Below are positions 29,365-39,670 of a stretch of 64,000 nucleotides of DNA, in pieces; within the stretch, counting starts at the first letter, position 1, and each line of letters opens with the position of its first letter. The notes under the pieces were generated by a model, which had not been told where the DNA came from, did not search any database, and worked only from the letters and a program-made list of their open reading frames with translations. The DNA lies in NCBI GenBank assembly GCA_037447435.1, contig JBBIGR010000001.1, positions 160,001 to 224,000 on the forward strand. Reading direction: 5' to 3'. The position numbers and the translations under genes were made by a program. This DNA comes from Fibrobacteria bacterium (GTDB lineage: Bacteria > Fibrobacterota > Chitinivibrionia > Chitinivibrionales > FEN-1185).

Positions 29365-30627
29365 TTATTCGCCGGCGTTTCCAGCCTTTGTTTGCCGGGA
29401 TTCTTTCCGGAATTCTTCAACGGCAAATTGACAGGCCGTAACCAGTGTTTTACCTCTCGACAACCATGTGTGGTTGCGGATGGCGAATTCTCGCGAATTC
29501 GTGCCGAGGTTGGGGGATGCATTAAAAACGGTGACCGCATTTTCCAATGCGGCAGTCAGGCCTTGTTTTTCGTCGGGATTGTAAAGAAACGCCGATGCAA
29601 GGCCCAGAAGCATTTCGCCGATTTGCCCCTGGTTAGAGGCGACCACGATTTTTCCCATGGAAAGAGCTTCGAACATTTTCATTGGTGAAAAATGAAACAA
29701 CCCCTGGCGCGGATACGGCATGACGAACAAGTCAATACAATCAAGAATGTCGGGCATGGAATCGTATTGGACGGGTCCGGTAAAATTAATGCGGCTGCGC
29801 ATATTCTCGGGTATTTCATCAAGTCCTATTGTTTCCGGATTTTCAAGGGTTCCCGCCACGAACAAACGCAAACGAGCATCAGCGGCGGCAATGCCGATGA
29901 AGGCCTTCACCAAAAGATGAAGCCCGTGCCAGAACCGTTGATTTCCCGCAAAGCCTATAACGATATCCTTATCCGATAATCCAAATTTTGCCCTCATTTT
30001 GCGGCGATCTTTTAACTGCCTAGGCGCAAATACGTCCGGATCTACTCCATTGGGACACAGAAACAGCCGTCGCTCTTCTATTTTTTTTCCAAGCCATAGG
30101 CTTTTACAGGATTCCGAAATGCAGGTTATCGCTGCAGCCCGACGGGCACGCCATAGATCGACCGATACCGGCCATTTCATCGTAGACCCCCAAACCTCGG
30201 CAAGTTCCTCTACGGGACCGTCAGTAGACAGGACGAGGGGCACACCCGACAGTTTGCTTGAAATTACAAAAGAGAAAGCGTGGTCGGGGCGAACGACAAT
30301 GACGTCCGGCTTGAATGATTTGATCAGCAGTAATTCCCTAGGAACCAGCCGTAATTCCTTTATCACCGGAAGCAAAAGTGCAAGAATTGACGGGGTTGGT
30401 CCTTTTGGAGCTGCCGGCGCATTGTCCGGCATTGGCCGGTACGAAACGCTGAGCCGGTCTTTGGCAGCTTCATCGAGCATGTCGAACGCCCATTGAGGTT
30501 GCCGAAGAGACCCGTTGATAAAACAGAGATGGACCGTGGCGTACCGCGATGCCGACCGTGCAAGCTCAAATGTTTGAATGAGCATCGGCAGTCCGTTTTT
30601 TATATAGCTTAAAAATAAAATCCGCAT
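29365..30627 (-). CDS. Glycosyltransferase family 4
   Basis: PNGVD, WHGL, SPMKMFEALSMGK; start at MRILFL. Confidence 0.88.
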   Translation of the reverse strand: MRILFLSYIKNGLPMLIQTFELARSASRYATVHLCFINGSLRQPQWAFDMLDEAAKDRLSVSYRPMPDNAPAAPKGPTPSILALLLPVIKELRLVPRELLLIKSFKPDVIVVRPDHAFSFVISSKLSGVPLVLSTDGPVEELAEVWGSTMKWPVSVDLWRARRAAAITCISESCKSLWLGKKIEERRLFLCPNGVDPDVFAPRQLKDRRKMRAKFGLSDKDIVIGFAGNQRFWHGLHLLVKAFIGIAAADARLRLFVAGTLENPETIGLDEIPENMRSRINFTGPVQYDSMPDILDCIDLFVMPYPRQGLFHFSPMKMFEALSMGKIVVASNQGQIGEMLLGLASAFLYNPDEKQGLTAALENAVTVFNASPNLGTNSREFAIRNHTWLSRGKTLVTACQFAVEEFRKESRQTKAGNAGE

Positions 30628-30649
30628 ATTACTTTTTTTTTGAGGTAAG

Positions 30650-31690
30650 TTATCGGCTATAAAATAATCCGGCAATTATGCTTTTCCAGGCAAACCATTC
30701 GAACCGCAACAACAAAAATTCAACCGAATGCCAAGGTGCAACAAGCATACGCGGCAAAAAAAGAGGATCGGCTTTTGAAACCGAGACCACGCCTTCGACA
30801 GTGGTAACTGCGGTCGCAATCCCTGATCGTCGCAGGGCTTTGGGTATTTCGACATTAATATCGTCCGGTTTGCCGAATGGATATGCGAAACTATCGATTG
30901 CATATCCATGAGCCCGGAAAAGAACTACCGATTGAATTGCCTCCGATTCGCCTTTCTTTTCCGATAAGCGTTCATGCGTCAAGGTGTGGGCACCGATCTC
31001 ATGCCCGCATTCAACAAGGAACTTGATTTCCGCAGTTCCCATCAGCGCACGAGGGTTGCTAACGCCGCGTTCGTAGCTTTTCGAGAAAGCCGATAACTCT
31101 TCCAGTAAACGGTTTCGTTCTTCCTTAGGCATATCGCGGAAACACATAAATACCTGTCTTGTTTTGGCAATCCGGCGGTCACCTTTACTTTTGATTAATT
31201 CCCTTAAAAGCGGCGAAAGCGTTTCAAGAACGCCGGAAGGCACCTCCGTAAGCGATTCGAGCAGACAGGCAAGACGGTCGTTCCAGAGCAGGGGTTCGTT
31301 TGCAAGCGATTGACCGGTAAGGTAAAAAACACCGGTAAGCCCCGCTTTTTTAAGCGCGGGGGCCGCATATACCGCATTATCAAAGTACCCGTCGTCGAAT
31401 GAAAATACCATGGCATCTCGCAACAGACGTTTTTTACGAAACAATTCCGCGACCTCATTCATACCGATAACATTAAAATTTTGGGAGAAGTGGGCGATAT
31501 GCCGCTCAAACCTTTCCGGCGGTACGGCAAACGGGGAAAGCGATAATCGTATTTTCCCGATGTGATGATAGCCAAGTATGCCGACAAAGGGTAATTTAAG
31601 CAGGCGGATCCTGATACATCGTGAAAGATAATAAGCGCCGCTCCAGCGGAAAATGTTCGCGACAATCCATTTACAACAAATCAGGAGCAT
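30650..31690 (-). CDS. Polysaccharide deacetylase (CE4)
   Basis: YHHI, SFDDGY, GAHTLTH, FAYPFG. Confidence 0.9.
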   Translation of the reverse strand: MLLICCKWIVANIFRWSGAYYLSRCIRIRLLKLPFVGILGYHHIGKIRLSLSPFAVPPERFERHIAHFSQNFNVIGMNEVAELFRKKRLLRDAMVFSFDDGYFDNAVYAAPALKKAGLTGVFYLTGQSLANEPLLWNDRLACLLESLTEVPSGVLETLSPLLRELIKSKGDRRIAKTRQVFMCFRDMPKEERNRLLEELSAFSKSYERGVSNPRALMGTAEIKFLVECGHEIGAHTLTHERLSEKKGESEAIQSVVLFRAHGYAIDSFAYPFGKPDDINVEIPKALRRSGIATAVTTVEGVVSVSKADPLFLPRMLVAPWHSVEFLLLRFEWFAWKSIIAGLFYSR

Positions 31691-33194
31691 TTTGTTTTTG
31701 CAAACCCGAAAAATGTATTATTATTGCGGCAAGAATGGTCAATTCGGCGATAATCAAATCCTGGCGCATTCCATAATCGATTAGACCATTGAACCCAAGC
31801 CCCACAAGGACTGCGGTGATGACTGAGCCGATAAGGTAACCGGTTTCATTTTGAGCTTTTTTCGCCAATCGTGTACTTTTGTGAAGCAATAAAATTCCCA
31901 TGCCAAGAAAAAACAACATTCCAGGCACTCCGGTTTCCGAAGCCACCAGGAGAAAAATATTGTGTACCGGATGGTTGAAAAGCAGCGTGACGCCATTCGG
32001 ATCATACAAATTTCCGACAAAATCAAAGTTGTTCAATCCTATGCCGGAAAACGGATGTGAGGCGATCATATTTGCCGCCACTGCCATTAAATCGAGACGC
32101 GACCGAGTCGGCCCCCCATCATCGGCAAAAAAACGAAGAAAGATAATATCTCCCATGCCGGATGCAAAAGTTACGATCACCACAATCAGGGCAATGATAC
32201 CGGCAATCAAAACGGAAGACGGTTTAAGGCGCCGGGCTAGCAATGCATTTACAAACATTATAAAACAACACACAATGTATGAAAGAAAGCCGTTTCTAGA
32301 AAATGCGGTAAATAGCACCAAAGACCCAATAATGAAGATTAGTATGGCCAGGGTTTTATAGGCGGTCTTTATGCAGATGAAAGCGGACCCAAGTGCAAAC
32401 GCCAGCGGACATAATAGCCACGCTGCAAATCCGTTACCTTGACCGATAAGTCCGGTTGTGCGCAAAAAAGTTGTCCCCGCAAGGGTTTCTCCTCCTATTT
32501 CCATAACGCCGCCCACTCTGACGGGCATCTGAAACCCGAGAAAATACTGCGCCAGACCTACGGCGCTTTGCAGAACAAGCATGACTAAAAAAGCCGGAAT
32601 AATCACCTTGAGCAAATCGTAACGGGATAAAAGGATACGTAATGAAAAGTAAAGAATGATATATTTGACATACCTGAAAAGTTCCCAATAAGTTAATGCC
32701 GGATTCTTCGCGGAGCCCAGCGACACGATACATGAGACCATAAAAAGAAGAACAAACGTGTCGAACATTTCCCATCGGGGCAAATTCCTTTTTTCGATTG
32801 CCGCGTAATATAATGCTCCCAGTGCGATTAAAATTAAAGGGATGTCGATTACATTGACAACCAATTCGGGCATTGCCCCGCCGTAATGAATCATGACATT
32901 GTTGAAAAGAGTACCGTGCGTGAAAACGCGGAACTGCGCCCCGATCCCGCAGCCGGTAATGAGAAGAGCGGTGCTAATGGAAACGTAGTGCTTTGGAAAT
33001 ATTGCCAATAAAGCGGCAAACAGCGTAAAGATAATTGTGGAGTAAAGATATTTTGCTTCCATATCGGAAACCCTGGCTATTATTTCCGCCGCATAGATGC
33101 AGAAAGTAACCATTACCGCTATTTTTAAAAACAACGCCGATTTTTCACGAATACCGAATAACCGCGGCAAAGGCGGGGTTACTGTACCATTCAT
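31671..33194 (-). CDS. O-antigen ligase/Wzy polymerase family
   Basis: Multi-TM; FSRNG, HPFSGIGLNNF, VHNIFLLVASETG. Confidence 0.85.
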   Translation of the reverse strand: MNGTVTPPLPRLFGIREKSALFLKIAVMVTFCIYAAEIIARVSDMEAKYLYSTIIFTLFAALLAIFPKHYVSISTALLITGCGIGAQFRVFTHGTLFNNVMIHYGGAMPELVVNVIDIPLILIALGALYYAAIEKRNLPRWEMFDTFVLLFMVSCIVSLGSAKNPALTYWELFRYVKYIILYFSLRILLSRYDLLKVIIPAFLVMLVLQSAVGLAQYFLGFQMPVRVGGVMEIGGETLAGTTFLRTTGLIGQGNGFAAWLLCPLAFALGSAFICIKTAYKTLAILIFIIGSLVLFTAFSRNGFLSYIVCCFIMFVNALLARRLKPSSVLIAGIIALIVVIVTFASGMGDIIFLRFFADDGGPTRSRLDLMAVAANMIASHPFSGIGLNNFDFVGNLYDPNGVTLLFNHPVHNIFLLVASETGVPGMLFFLGMGILLLHKSTRLAKKAQNETGYLIGSVITAVLVGLGFNGLIDYGMRQDLIIAELTILAAIIIHFSGLQKQNAPDLL

Positions 33195-33198
33195 GGCT

Positions 33199-35175
33199 TT
33201 ACAACCATTGATAAATAAGTTCGGGGATTTCGTTTTTCCTGCGGTTGAAGATGCAACCGTTTACGGAATGGCCATTGTGGAGCAAGTTATTGATCAAACG
33301 CAATAGTGCGAAACGTTTGGTTTTATTATAAGCGACAACCGGAAAAATAAGGGACGCATATTTGGCAAATGAGATATACAGGGGATCGGCCCGATGCATG
33401 GACATATCGAGAAAGATATGGGTATAACCAAAGTCTTTGAGAATGGAAAATATGGAATCTATGTCTTTTTGCTCGGGTAAACCCGTCATAGGCAAGGCGA
33501 TTTCGAGTACATCCGATTTAATTTGATAGGCTGTCGAAATTTTTTCTTTAATCATTTCCGGTGTCAGCTTGGCGTTCATTGAAAGCTTTTTATTGTTGCG
33601 TACCGACGCGCTCGATTCGGAACAAATATCCATTCGAAGCACCTTATTCGAAGCGCGGCTCGCAACCAATGATGCAATGGACGATGATATATAGCTTGTT
33701 CCAGCCTCCATCGATGGCGCTATGAAAAACGCGACGCAAGGGACAGGCTCGGCATCGATCATATTGACAACGGGTATAAGGTTTCTTGCGGAAGCGGAAT
33801 AAATGTTTCCGCCTGTTGCAAGTTCGAAATCGGGCACCGAAGCGACGATCGGTTTTCGCGTCAAGGCTTCGACATCGGCCACGGAAAACAAATGCGTTGA
33901 TATTGTATTGCGGAAAAACCCGTATCCGAGGGCCAAAATTAATCCTATTATAATGGAAAGGGCGATTATGCGGAGTTTTTTAGGAAAAACGGGGACCATG
34001 GAATCGTGCCCGTATTCTATAACCCGCACCGAAGTCACCGAGGCATTGTCCATGACTGAATTGATAAGCACTTCATTCGACTTTTCATTTGATAATTCGT
34101 AGACGCCTTTTAGTCCTGCAATTTCGCGTTCGAGTTGGTTAATGACAAGCTTGTGCTGCTCAAGCTCGGAAAACCGTTCCTGGTATTTTCTGGTAAGCTG
34201 CTCCCAATTTTCTGTACTTACGTATATCCGCTGTCCGACGAACTTCTTGATTTCCTTTATTTCGTTGGCAGATGCAATTACTTTTCCTTCTTCTTTGCCG
34301 TATCGAGAGCTTAATTCTATATAGTTTAGATCGGCATCGGTCAATTTTGTCTGCAACTGTGCAAACGTAGGGTCATCGGTGACGTTTGCCAAATCGGAGG
34401 CTTTAATTTGTTCGGGATTAAGCCGTTTCAGCAATAAAAGCTTGGATTTTGCTTCCATTAGTTTTTTCTGTATATCCTGATACTCTGATTCCGCATCGAT
34501 GATGTTATATTTTGTTTTAAATGCTTTTAGGGAATCTTCCATATGTTTGAGTTTGAAATTGTACTCGTCGCCGATATATTTGATGGCAGCAGCCGCGCCT
34601 GAATTGGAATACACTTTCAGATGATGCGCTATATAGGCGTCGACGATTGCGTTGACTTTGCGAGTTGCTTCCGCAGGGGAAACGTCGCGATAGCTTACGG
34701 ATATTGCATTGGCCCTATTGACAAAATTAACGGAAAGCTTGCCTCTGAGAATATTGATTGTTTTTTCCTCCTGAGGAACCTTCGGCCGAAGCCAAACAAT
34801 TTCAAGAAATCCGTTTATTGCGTCCTTAAAACCGGCAACGACTATACCAAAGCCTTTTTTCTTTTTCGAGTTTATTTCATTGTCGAGATTCAAATGTTCG
34901 GCGACGGATTTTAAAACCGGATAACTGGTAAGAATTTTTATTTCGCTCGCAATATCTTCGGCACTAACCTGAACGTAGGATGGGGAATTGGCGGTATATT
35001 GGTCCGGCAAAAAGGGTTTTTTATCCCTTCCCGGCAATATCAATATGGTAGAACTGGATTCGTATACCGGTTCGGATGTCACGGCGAAAATAACAGAGAA
35101 AAGGACAATCAGCCCAAATACCGTCACCATGTCCCATTTCCAGCGGAATATTACGACAAGCAAGTCTTTTAACAC
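33199..35175 (-). CDS. GumC/Wzc-type polysaccharide co-polymerase with degenerate kinase domain
   Basis: Wzz N-terminal TM + PVYES; coiled coil; PVFPKK + second TM; C-terminal CpsD-like domain lacking the Walker A lysine. Confidence 0.85.
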   Translation of the reverse strand: MLKDLLVVIFRWKWDMVTVFGLIVLFSVIFAVTSEPVYESSSTILILPGRDKKPFLPDQYTANSPSYVQVSAEDIASEIKILTSYPVLKSVAEHLNLDNEINSKKKKGFGIVVAGFKDAINGFLEIVWLRPKVPQEEKTINILRGKLSVNFVNRANAISVSYRDVSPAEATRKVNAIVDAYIAHHLKVYSNSGAAAAIKYIGDEYNFKLKHMEDSLKAFKTKYNIIDAESEYQDIQKKLMEAKSKLLLLKRLNPEQIKASDLANVTDDPTFAQLQTKLTDADLNYIELSSRYGKEEGKVIASANEIKEIKKFVGQRIYVSTENWEQLTRKYQERFSELEQHKLVINQLEREIAGLKGVYELSNEKSNEVLINSVMDNASVTSVRVIEYGHDSMVPVFPKKLRIIALSIIIGLILALGYGFFRNTISTHLFSVADVEALTRKPIVASVPDFELATGGNIYSASARNLIPVVNMIDAEPVPCVAFFIAPSMEAGTSYISSSIASLVASRASNKVLRMDICSESSASVRNNKKLSMNAKLTPEMIKEKISTAYQIKSDVLEIALPMTGLPEQKDIDSIFSILKDFGYTHIFLDMSMHRADPLYISFAKYASLIFPVVAYNKTKRFALLRLINNLLHNGHSVNGCIFNRRKNEIPELIYQWL

Positions 35176-35212
35176 GGGATTCTCGTTTTTTGGGTAAAAG
35201 GTTTAGAAAATA

Positions 35213-36187
35213 TTAAAAGGTCAACGGTATTGTTACACCCACTCCAATGGGTAAGTTTTTCCGAATAAAATCATCCACAAAAACATTGACATCGGTAATC
35301 GGTTTGGACGGAACGAAGACAACATCGCCCGCAGAAAGTGGAAGCTGCGACGCAGTAAATAAATCCTTTGGGAAATCTATACTCGAAATGGAAAGTTTGG
35401 CTCCGTTTCGTTGCACGATTATGATCGTCCCCATCGATGCGCTTTTCATCCACCCTCCCGCAAGACCAAGCGCGGTGCTCAACGTCACCCGGCCCGAGAT
35501 TTGAAAGGCGCCCGGTTTCTGGACTTCCCCGAGAACCGTCACGACATTCAAACTCGAATTTTCGAACAACGGTATTACCTGTAAAGATGCATACGATTTC
35601 GAATACAGCATTTCTACGGTGTCTACAAGTTTTGCGAATGTTTTGCCCGCGCAAACAATGCGGCCGAGAACCGGAAGGGTTATCGCAGAATCCATGCCGA
35701 CAACGGTTTGAAAGACCGGGCCTCGTCCGTTTTGCGGCGACAAAGAAGAAATGATCTCCAATGATCGCGAATTGAACTTTTCAAATGAAATAAGGACCGA
35801 AGCGCTCATGGTAATGGGTTTCAATGATGCCCTGATAAAGTTTTCTATGTCTTTAGCCGACGTTCCTGCAGCAGCTATCGGTTGCGCAATCGGCAAATAC
35901 AGCATTCCGTCGGGGGCAATCGTATATAATCGAGAAATATCTTCTCGATCGGAAACAACGAGGCGTATTTGATCGCCGGGTTCAAGGACGTACATTGTCG
36001 TATCCAGCGGTCTTTTAATCGAGTAGAAGAGGGTTAATTGATCGCCGGTTCGCAACCTATATTCCTGTAATGGCACTTCGATTGTCGTTGTTGAGTTTAC
36101 CGTACGCCGAAGACGACTGTCTATTGAACACCCGGATAAAACGGAGATCAGACCTATTGCCAAGGTCATAAAAACGCACATGTTCAT
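35213..36187 (-). CDS. wza: Polysaccharide export outer-membrane lipoprotein
   Basis: Lipobox LSGC; Poly_export motifs (YxLxPGD, PDGxxxLP); SLBB VLGEVQKPG; GDVVFVP. Confidence 0.87.
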   Translation of the reverse strand: MNMCVFMTLAIGLISVLSGCSIDSRLRRTVNSTTTIEVPLQEYRLRTGDQLTLFYSIKRPLDTTMYVLEPGDQIRLVVSDREDISRLYTIAPDGMLYLPIAQPIAAAGTSAKDIENFIRASLKPITMSASVLISFEKFNSRSLEIISSLSPQNGRGPVFQTVVGMDSAITLPVLGRIVCAGKTFAKLVDTVEMLYSKSYASLQVIPLFENSSLNVVTVLGEVQKPGAFQISGRVTLSTALGLAGGWMKSASMGTIIIVQRNGAKLSISSIDFPKDLFTASQLPLSAGDVVFVPSKPITDVNVFVDDFIRKNLPIGVGVTIPLTF

Positions 36188-36425
36188 ATTTCTGTTTTCC
36201 TTTAGGCTAAAAAATCATTTCGAATTGTTTGAATAGTGTTATGTTTCGATTTGATTATCGTATCGTAATTTTATTGGAAGATTTTTTTCAAATCTTCAAT
36301 TTTCCATCATACATTCTTAACATATAACAAACACAACAAAAATATTTTGGGAATATTTTCATTATGTAAAATGGTAATGCGTTTTATGTGCTCTATATCA
36401 TCATCTTTGCGGACTATAAATATCG

Positions 36426-38030
36426 ATGCCATCTTCTTCGGACCGATCCATGAATTTATCTAGCTACATCAAATATCTACCTCCCATATCGATTTCGGCT
36501 GGCATGTATGACGTTTTCGGAATTTTTAGAAACAACAAGGAAGCGACGTTTTTCCCTGTTATCAATAATCAAGATACCGTTGTCGGCGTGGTCAGAGAAT
36601 ACAATCTGAAGGATTATACCTACGGTATGTTCGGGAGAGAGCTCATTAAACGGGAACCAATAACCCGGTTCATCACCCAGAGCCTTACCGTATCAATTGA
36701 CACTCCCTTGGAAGAAGTGCTCCGGCTTTCTGCATCCAATGAAAACCCCGACGGCATTATCGTAACAAAGCAAGGTATATACGCTGGCATCGTCCTTAAT
36801 GCAAGTCTTTTGTGGCTGTTTGAAGAAAACCGGAAGCAGACCAGGGCCCGACTGCTTCAGGCACAGAAAATGGAATCCATAGGAACAATGGCAGGCGGCA
36901 TAGCCCATGATTTCAATAATATTCTTATGCCCATCATGGGGTACGCGGAACTTTTGCGAAAATTCATGAAAAAAAAAGACGCGGCTCAAATTTCTTTTAT
37001 CAATCAAATAATCGTTGCCGCAGAACGGGCGCGAGACTTGGTTGCGCAAATTTTAAAATTTTCCAGGCACGGCAGTGAGGAAAAAACCCAGGTGAGTTTG
37101 GCCTCAATGATATCCGAAGTGCTCGAACTGGTCAGGCCGTCCATACCGAAAACCATTGAAATCAACGTGTCAATACAAACAAATTGCAATACCATTCATG
37201 CAAATACCACTGAAATCCATCAGGTTCTCATGAACCTGTGTTCCAATGCGTCCCATGCCATGCGCGAACATGGCGGTGTATTGCAAATAATTCTGGAAGA
37301 TCACGCAGGTCCTATTCTTGGATGGTCGGAAGACACTGTTTTGCCACCGACATCTTGCGTCAGGCTCACCGTACGGGATACCGGACACGGCATACGATCG
37401 GAAATCCTTACCCGAATTTTTGACCCGTTTTTCACAACGAAAAGACAGGGAGAAGGTACGGGCATGGGATTATCGGTTGTCCATGGAATAATTAAAGGAT
37501 GCGGCGGAATAATTTCCGTGGAAAGCGAAGTAAATATGGGCACCGCCTTTCATATTTATTTACCGACTGTTCAACCCGCCGCGCCTGGAGAAAACGATAC
37601 AGATGACGAATCCGTCAATCTTTTTATAAAGCATATTAACATCCTATATATAGACGACGAGCAAATGATTGCGGCAATGGCCGAGGAAATCCTGAGTTAT
37701 TTGGGGTTTTCTATTTCCAGTATTACCGACAGCAGGGCCGCCCTTGACATCTTTTCCGCGAACCCCCGGCAATTCGATATCGTGATAACCGACCAAACCA
37801 TGCCGGGCCTTACCGGGTTGGAACTTTCTCAAAAACTGCTTTCGATCAGGCCGGATTTGCCTATTATTCTTTGTACAGGTTACAGCGAAATCGTTTCGGC
37901 CGAAATGGCAAAAACAATGGGCATTGCCGAATATCTGATCAAGCCTGTTGATTTTGAAAAAATAAGGAAAATAATAATACGCCTTGTAAATGCCTCCGAA
38001 TCCAAACCCGGAAATACGGTACCGTCCTAA
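36426..38030 (+). CDS. Cytoplasmic hybrid histidine kinase with CBS-like input domain
   Basis: H-box GGIAHDFNN; NLCSNA; DTGHG; FFTTK; GTGMGL; receiver IDDE..D..MP..KP; no TM helix. Confidence 0.9.
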   Translation: MPSSSDRSMNLSSYIKYLPPISISAGMYDVFGIFRNNKEATFFPVINNQDTVVGVVREYNLKDYTYGMFGRELIKREPITRFITQSLTVSIDTPLEEVLRLSASNENPDGIIVTKQGIYAGIVLNASLLWLFEENRKQTRARLLQAQKMESIGTMAGGIAHDFNNILMPIMGYAELLRKFMKKKDAAQISFINQIIVAAERARDLVAQILKFSRHGSEEKTQVSLASMISEVLELVRPSIPKTIEINVSIQTNCNTIHANTTEIHQVLMNLCSNASHAMREHGGVLQIILEDHAGPILGWSEDTVLPPTSCVRLTVRDTGHGIRSEILTRIFDPFFTTKRQGEGTGMGLSVVHGIIKGCGGIISVESEVNMGTAFHIYLPTVQPAAPGENDTDDESVNLFIKHINILYIDDEQMIAAMAEEILSYLGFSISSITDSRAALDIFSANPRQFDIVITDQTMPGLTGLELSQKLLSIRPDLPIILCTGYSEIVSAEMAKTMGIAEYLIKPVDFEKIRKIIIRLVNASESKPGNTVPS

Positions 38031-38144
38031 AATGCGGCCTTCTCTTCCTTCCGCCCCCTCTCTATTTTATCAAAAAACTATCGTCTTTCTAATACCGCTT
38101 TAACAATTGAATGCGATATTTATTTGTATCTTGGAGGCAATCGA

Positions 38145-38936
38145 ATGAACATCCTTGTACTATCCGATTTGCACATGGCCGACAATCAGCACCTCGGGAC
38201 TTTTGGGTGGGACCCGTTGCATTTTATCGGAAAGTTGGAAGCGGTACGGAAAAATCATGCGGTTGACCAGGTTGTGCTGAACGGCGATATCTTCGATTTA
38301 TATAAAAGCAATTACAACGACATCTTCCATCGCAATAAGGAACTCATCGAATACCTCGACGATATCGGTTCGGTTTTCATCAAGGGAAACCACGACCACG
38401 CCCTTGAATTCGGCCAAGAACATTTCGGCATTGTGAACAGTAAAGGTGAAAAAATTCATATCGAACACGGTCACCGGGGCGATTTTATCAACGGAACATC
38501 GTGCGGAAGACTTTTAGGAAACCTCCTGTATGTTTTCTTAAAAACGGTTTCGCATTTTTCGGTAACGCGAAAATTGTATTTTTGGTGTATGGAACATGAC
38601 GAAGGATTCAGAGGCCACGGCAAATACAATTCGTACAAATACCTCAAATATGCCGTAAAGCTTCTTCACAAATACGATATGGTCGTTCTTGGCCACACCC
38701 ATAAGATGGAATTCCACGACACCTACTGGCAAAGCAATAAAAAAAGATATATCAACAGCGGGTCCTGCTCTTTCGGACGGTTCCAGGGGATAATCATAGA
38801 CACCGAAACGCTTTGCCATTACACTATAAAAATCGACCCGTATCGCAGTTTTGTAAATTCGCAGAATACTTCAAAAAGATCTACGCGGCCGCTCAAACCA
38901 TCTTTTGTCAACAACGGTCGGCTTGTTCCCGTCTGA
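38145..38936 (+). CDS. Calcineurin-like metallophosphoesterase (LpxH-like)
   Basis: SDLH, NGD, GNHD, EHGH, GHTH, NSGS; GGAGG RBS. Confidence 0.85.
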   Translation: MNILVLSDLHMADNQHLGTFGWDPLHFIGKLEAVRKNHAVDQVVLNGDIFDLYKSNYNDIFHRNKELIEYLDDIGSVFIKGNHDHALEFGQEHFGIVNSKGEKIHIEHGHRGDFINGTSCGRLLGNLLYVFLKTVSHFSVTRKLYFWCMEHDEGFRGHGKYNSYKYLKYAVKLLHKYDMVVLGHTHKMEFHDTYWQSNKKRYINSGSCSFGRFQGIIIDTETLCHYTIKIDPYRSFVNSQNTSKRSTRPLKPSFVNNGRLVPV

Positions 38937-39069
38937 TTATCTCTATGTAAGTTCTCCCATATTTTTCCTGATTTTTAATTTTCATAAAAAACTATTGGTT
39001 TCATCATTTAATCCAAACAATCTTCGGGTATTTTATTTATCAATTACTCCGCACCGAAATGGTGCGTTG

Positions 39070-39111
39070 GGGGTCTTGGGCGCTGGTCGCCGAAAGGCCC
39101 CTTCTTTTTTT
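39070..39111 (+). terminator. Probable intrinsic terminator
   Basis: GGGGTCTT..GGCG/CGCC..AAGGCCCC hairpin followed by TTCTTTTTTT between convergent genes. Confidence 0.55.
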
Positions 39112-39652
39112 ATGCGATAAAAACAGCAGACGCGACAACGGTTGTCCACAGTCCGTTTTTGTTTCCCTCCATTGATTGACATATGTGGCTTGCCCTGAAA
39201 ATCATGCCGCTCGCACGGTAGGTAGCCTTACGTGCGTCCCAGGCGGAATTTGGGTCAAACTGTATTCCCAATGTCGAAGCCAGCATTGTTGCAGCAAGAT
39301 CTTCCGCAAAATCTCCTGCAAAATCCGCAGTCTGGCCGAATGCATGATGTTCCGAAAGATAACCGTATTGTTTGCGGTCTTTGGGCATGGCAACCCCAAT
39401 CGCGGCGGAGATAAGCCTGTTGGGTTCATCGGTTTCGTTTCGTGCCATAACGCAATACACGATCTCACCGGCCTGCAAATAGGAAAGCCCTTCGCTTTTG
39501 GGCACTATTTCGCAACGAGGCGGAAGGATGCTTGACACATAAACTAGATTGAACTTTTCGATTCCAGCATTGCGAAGCGCAAGTTCGAATGAGGACAATC
39601 TATTTTTATCGGTTCCGACGCCCTTGGTCAGAAACATTTTTTGAGGAACCAT
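39110..39652 (-). CDS. pdaD: Pyruvoyl-dependent arginine decarboxylase
   Basis: [24 protein letters not shown] (Ser-Ser self-cleavage site); GYLSEHH. Confidence 0.92.
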   Translation of the reverse strand: MVPQKMFLTKGVGTDKNRLSSFELALRNAGIEKFNLVYVSSILPPRCEIVPKSEGLSYLQAGEIVYCVMARNETDEPNRLISAAIGVAMPKDRKQYGYLSEHHAFGQTADFAGDFAEDLAATMLASTLGIQFDPNSAWDARKATYRASGMIFRASHICQSMEGNKNGLWTTVVASAVFIA

Positions 39653-39670
39653 GATTTCTCCTGGTTTGTT

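Noticed and set aside
39049..39101. Riboswitch (two GAAA-capped hairpins)
   Set aside because: Lies between convergent 3' ends with no downstream gene to control; treated as a terminator
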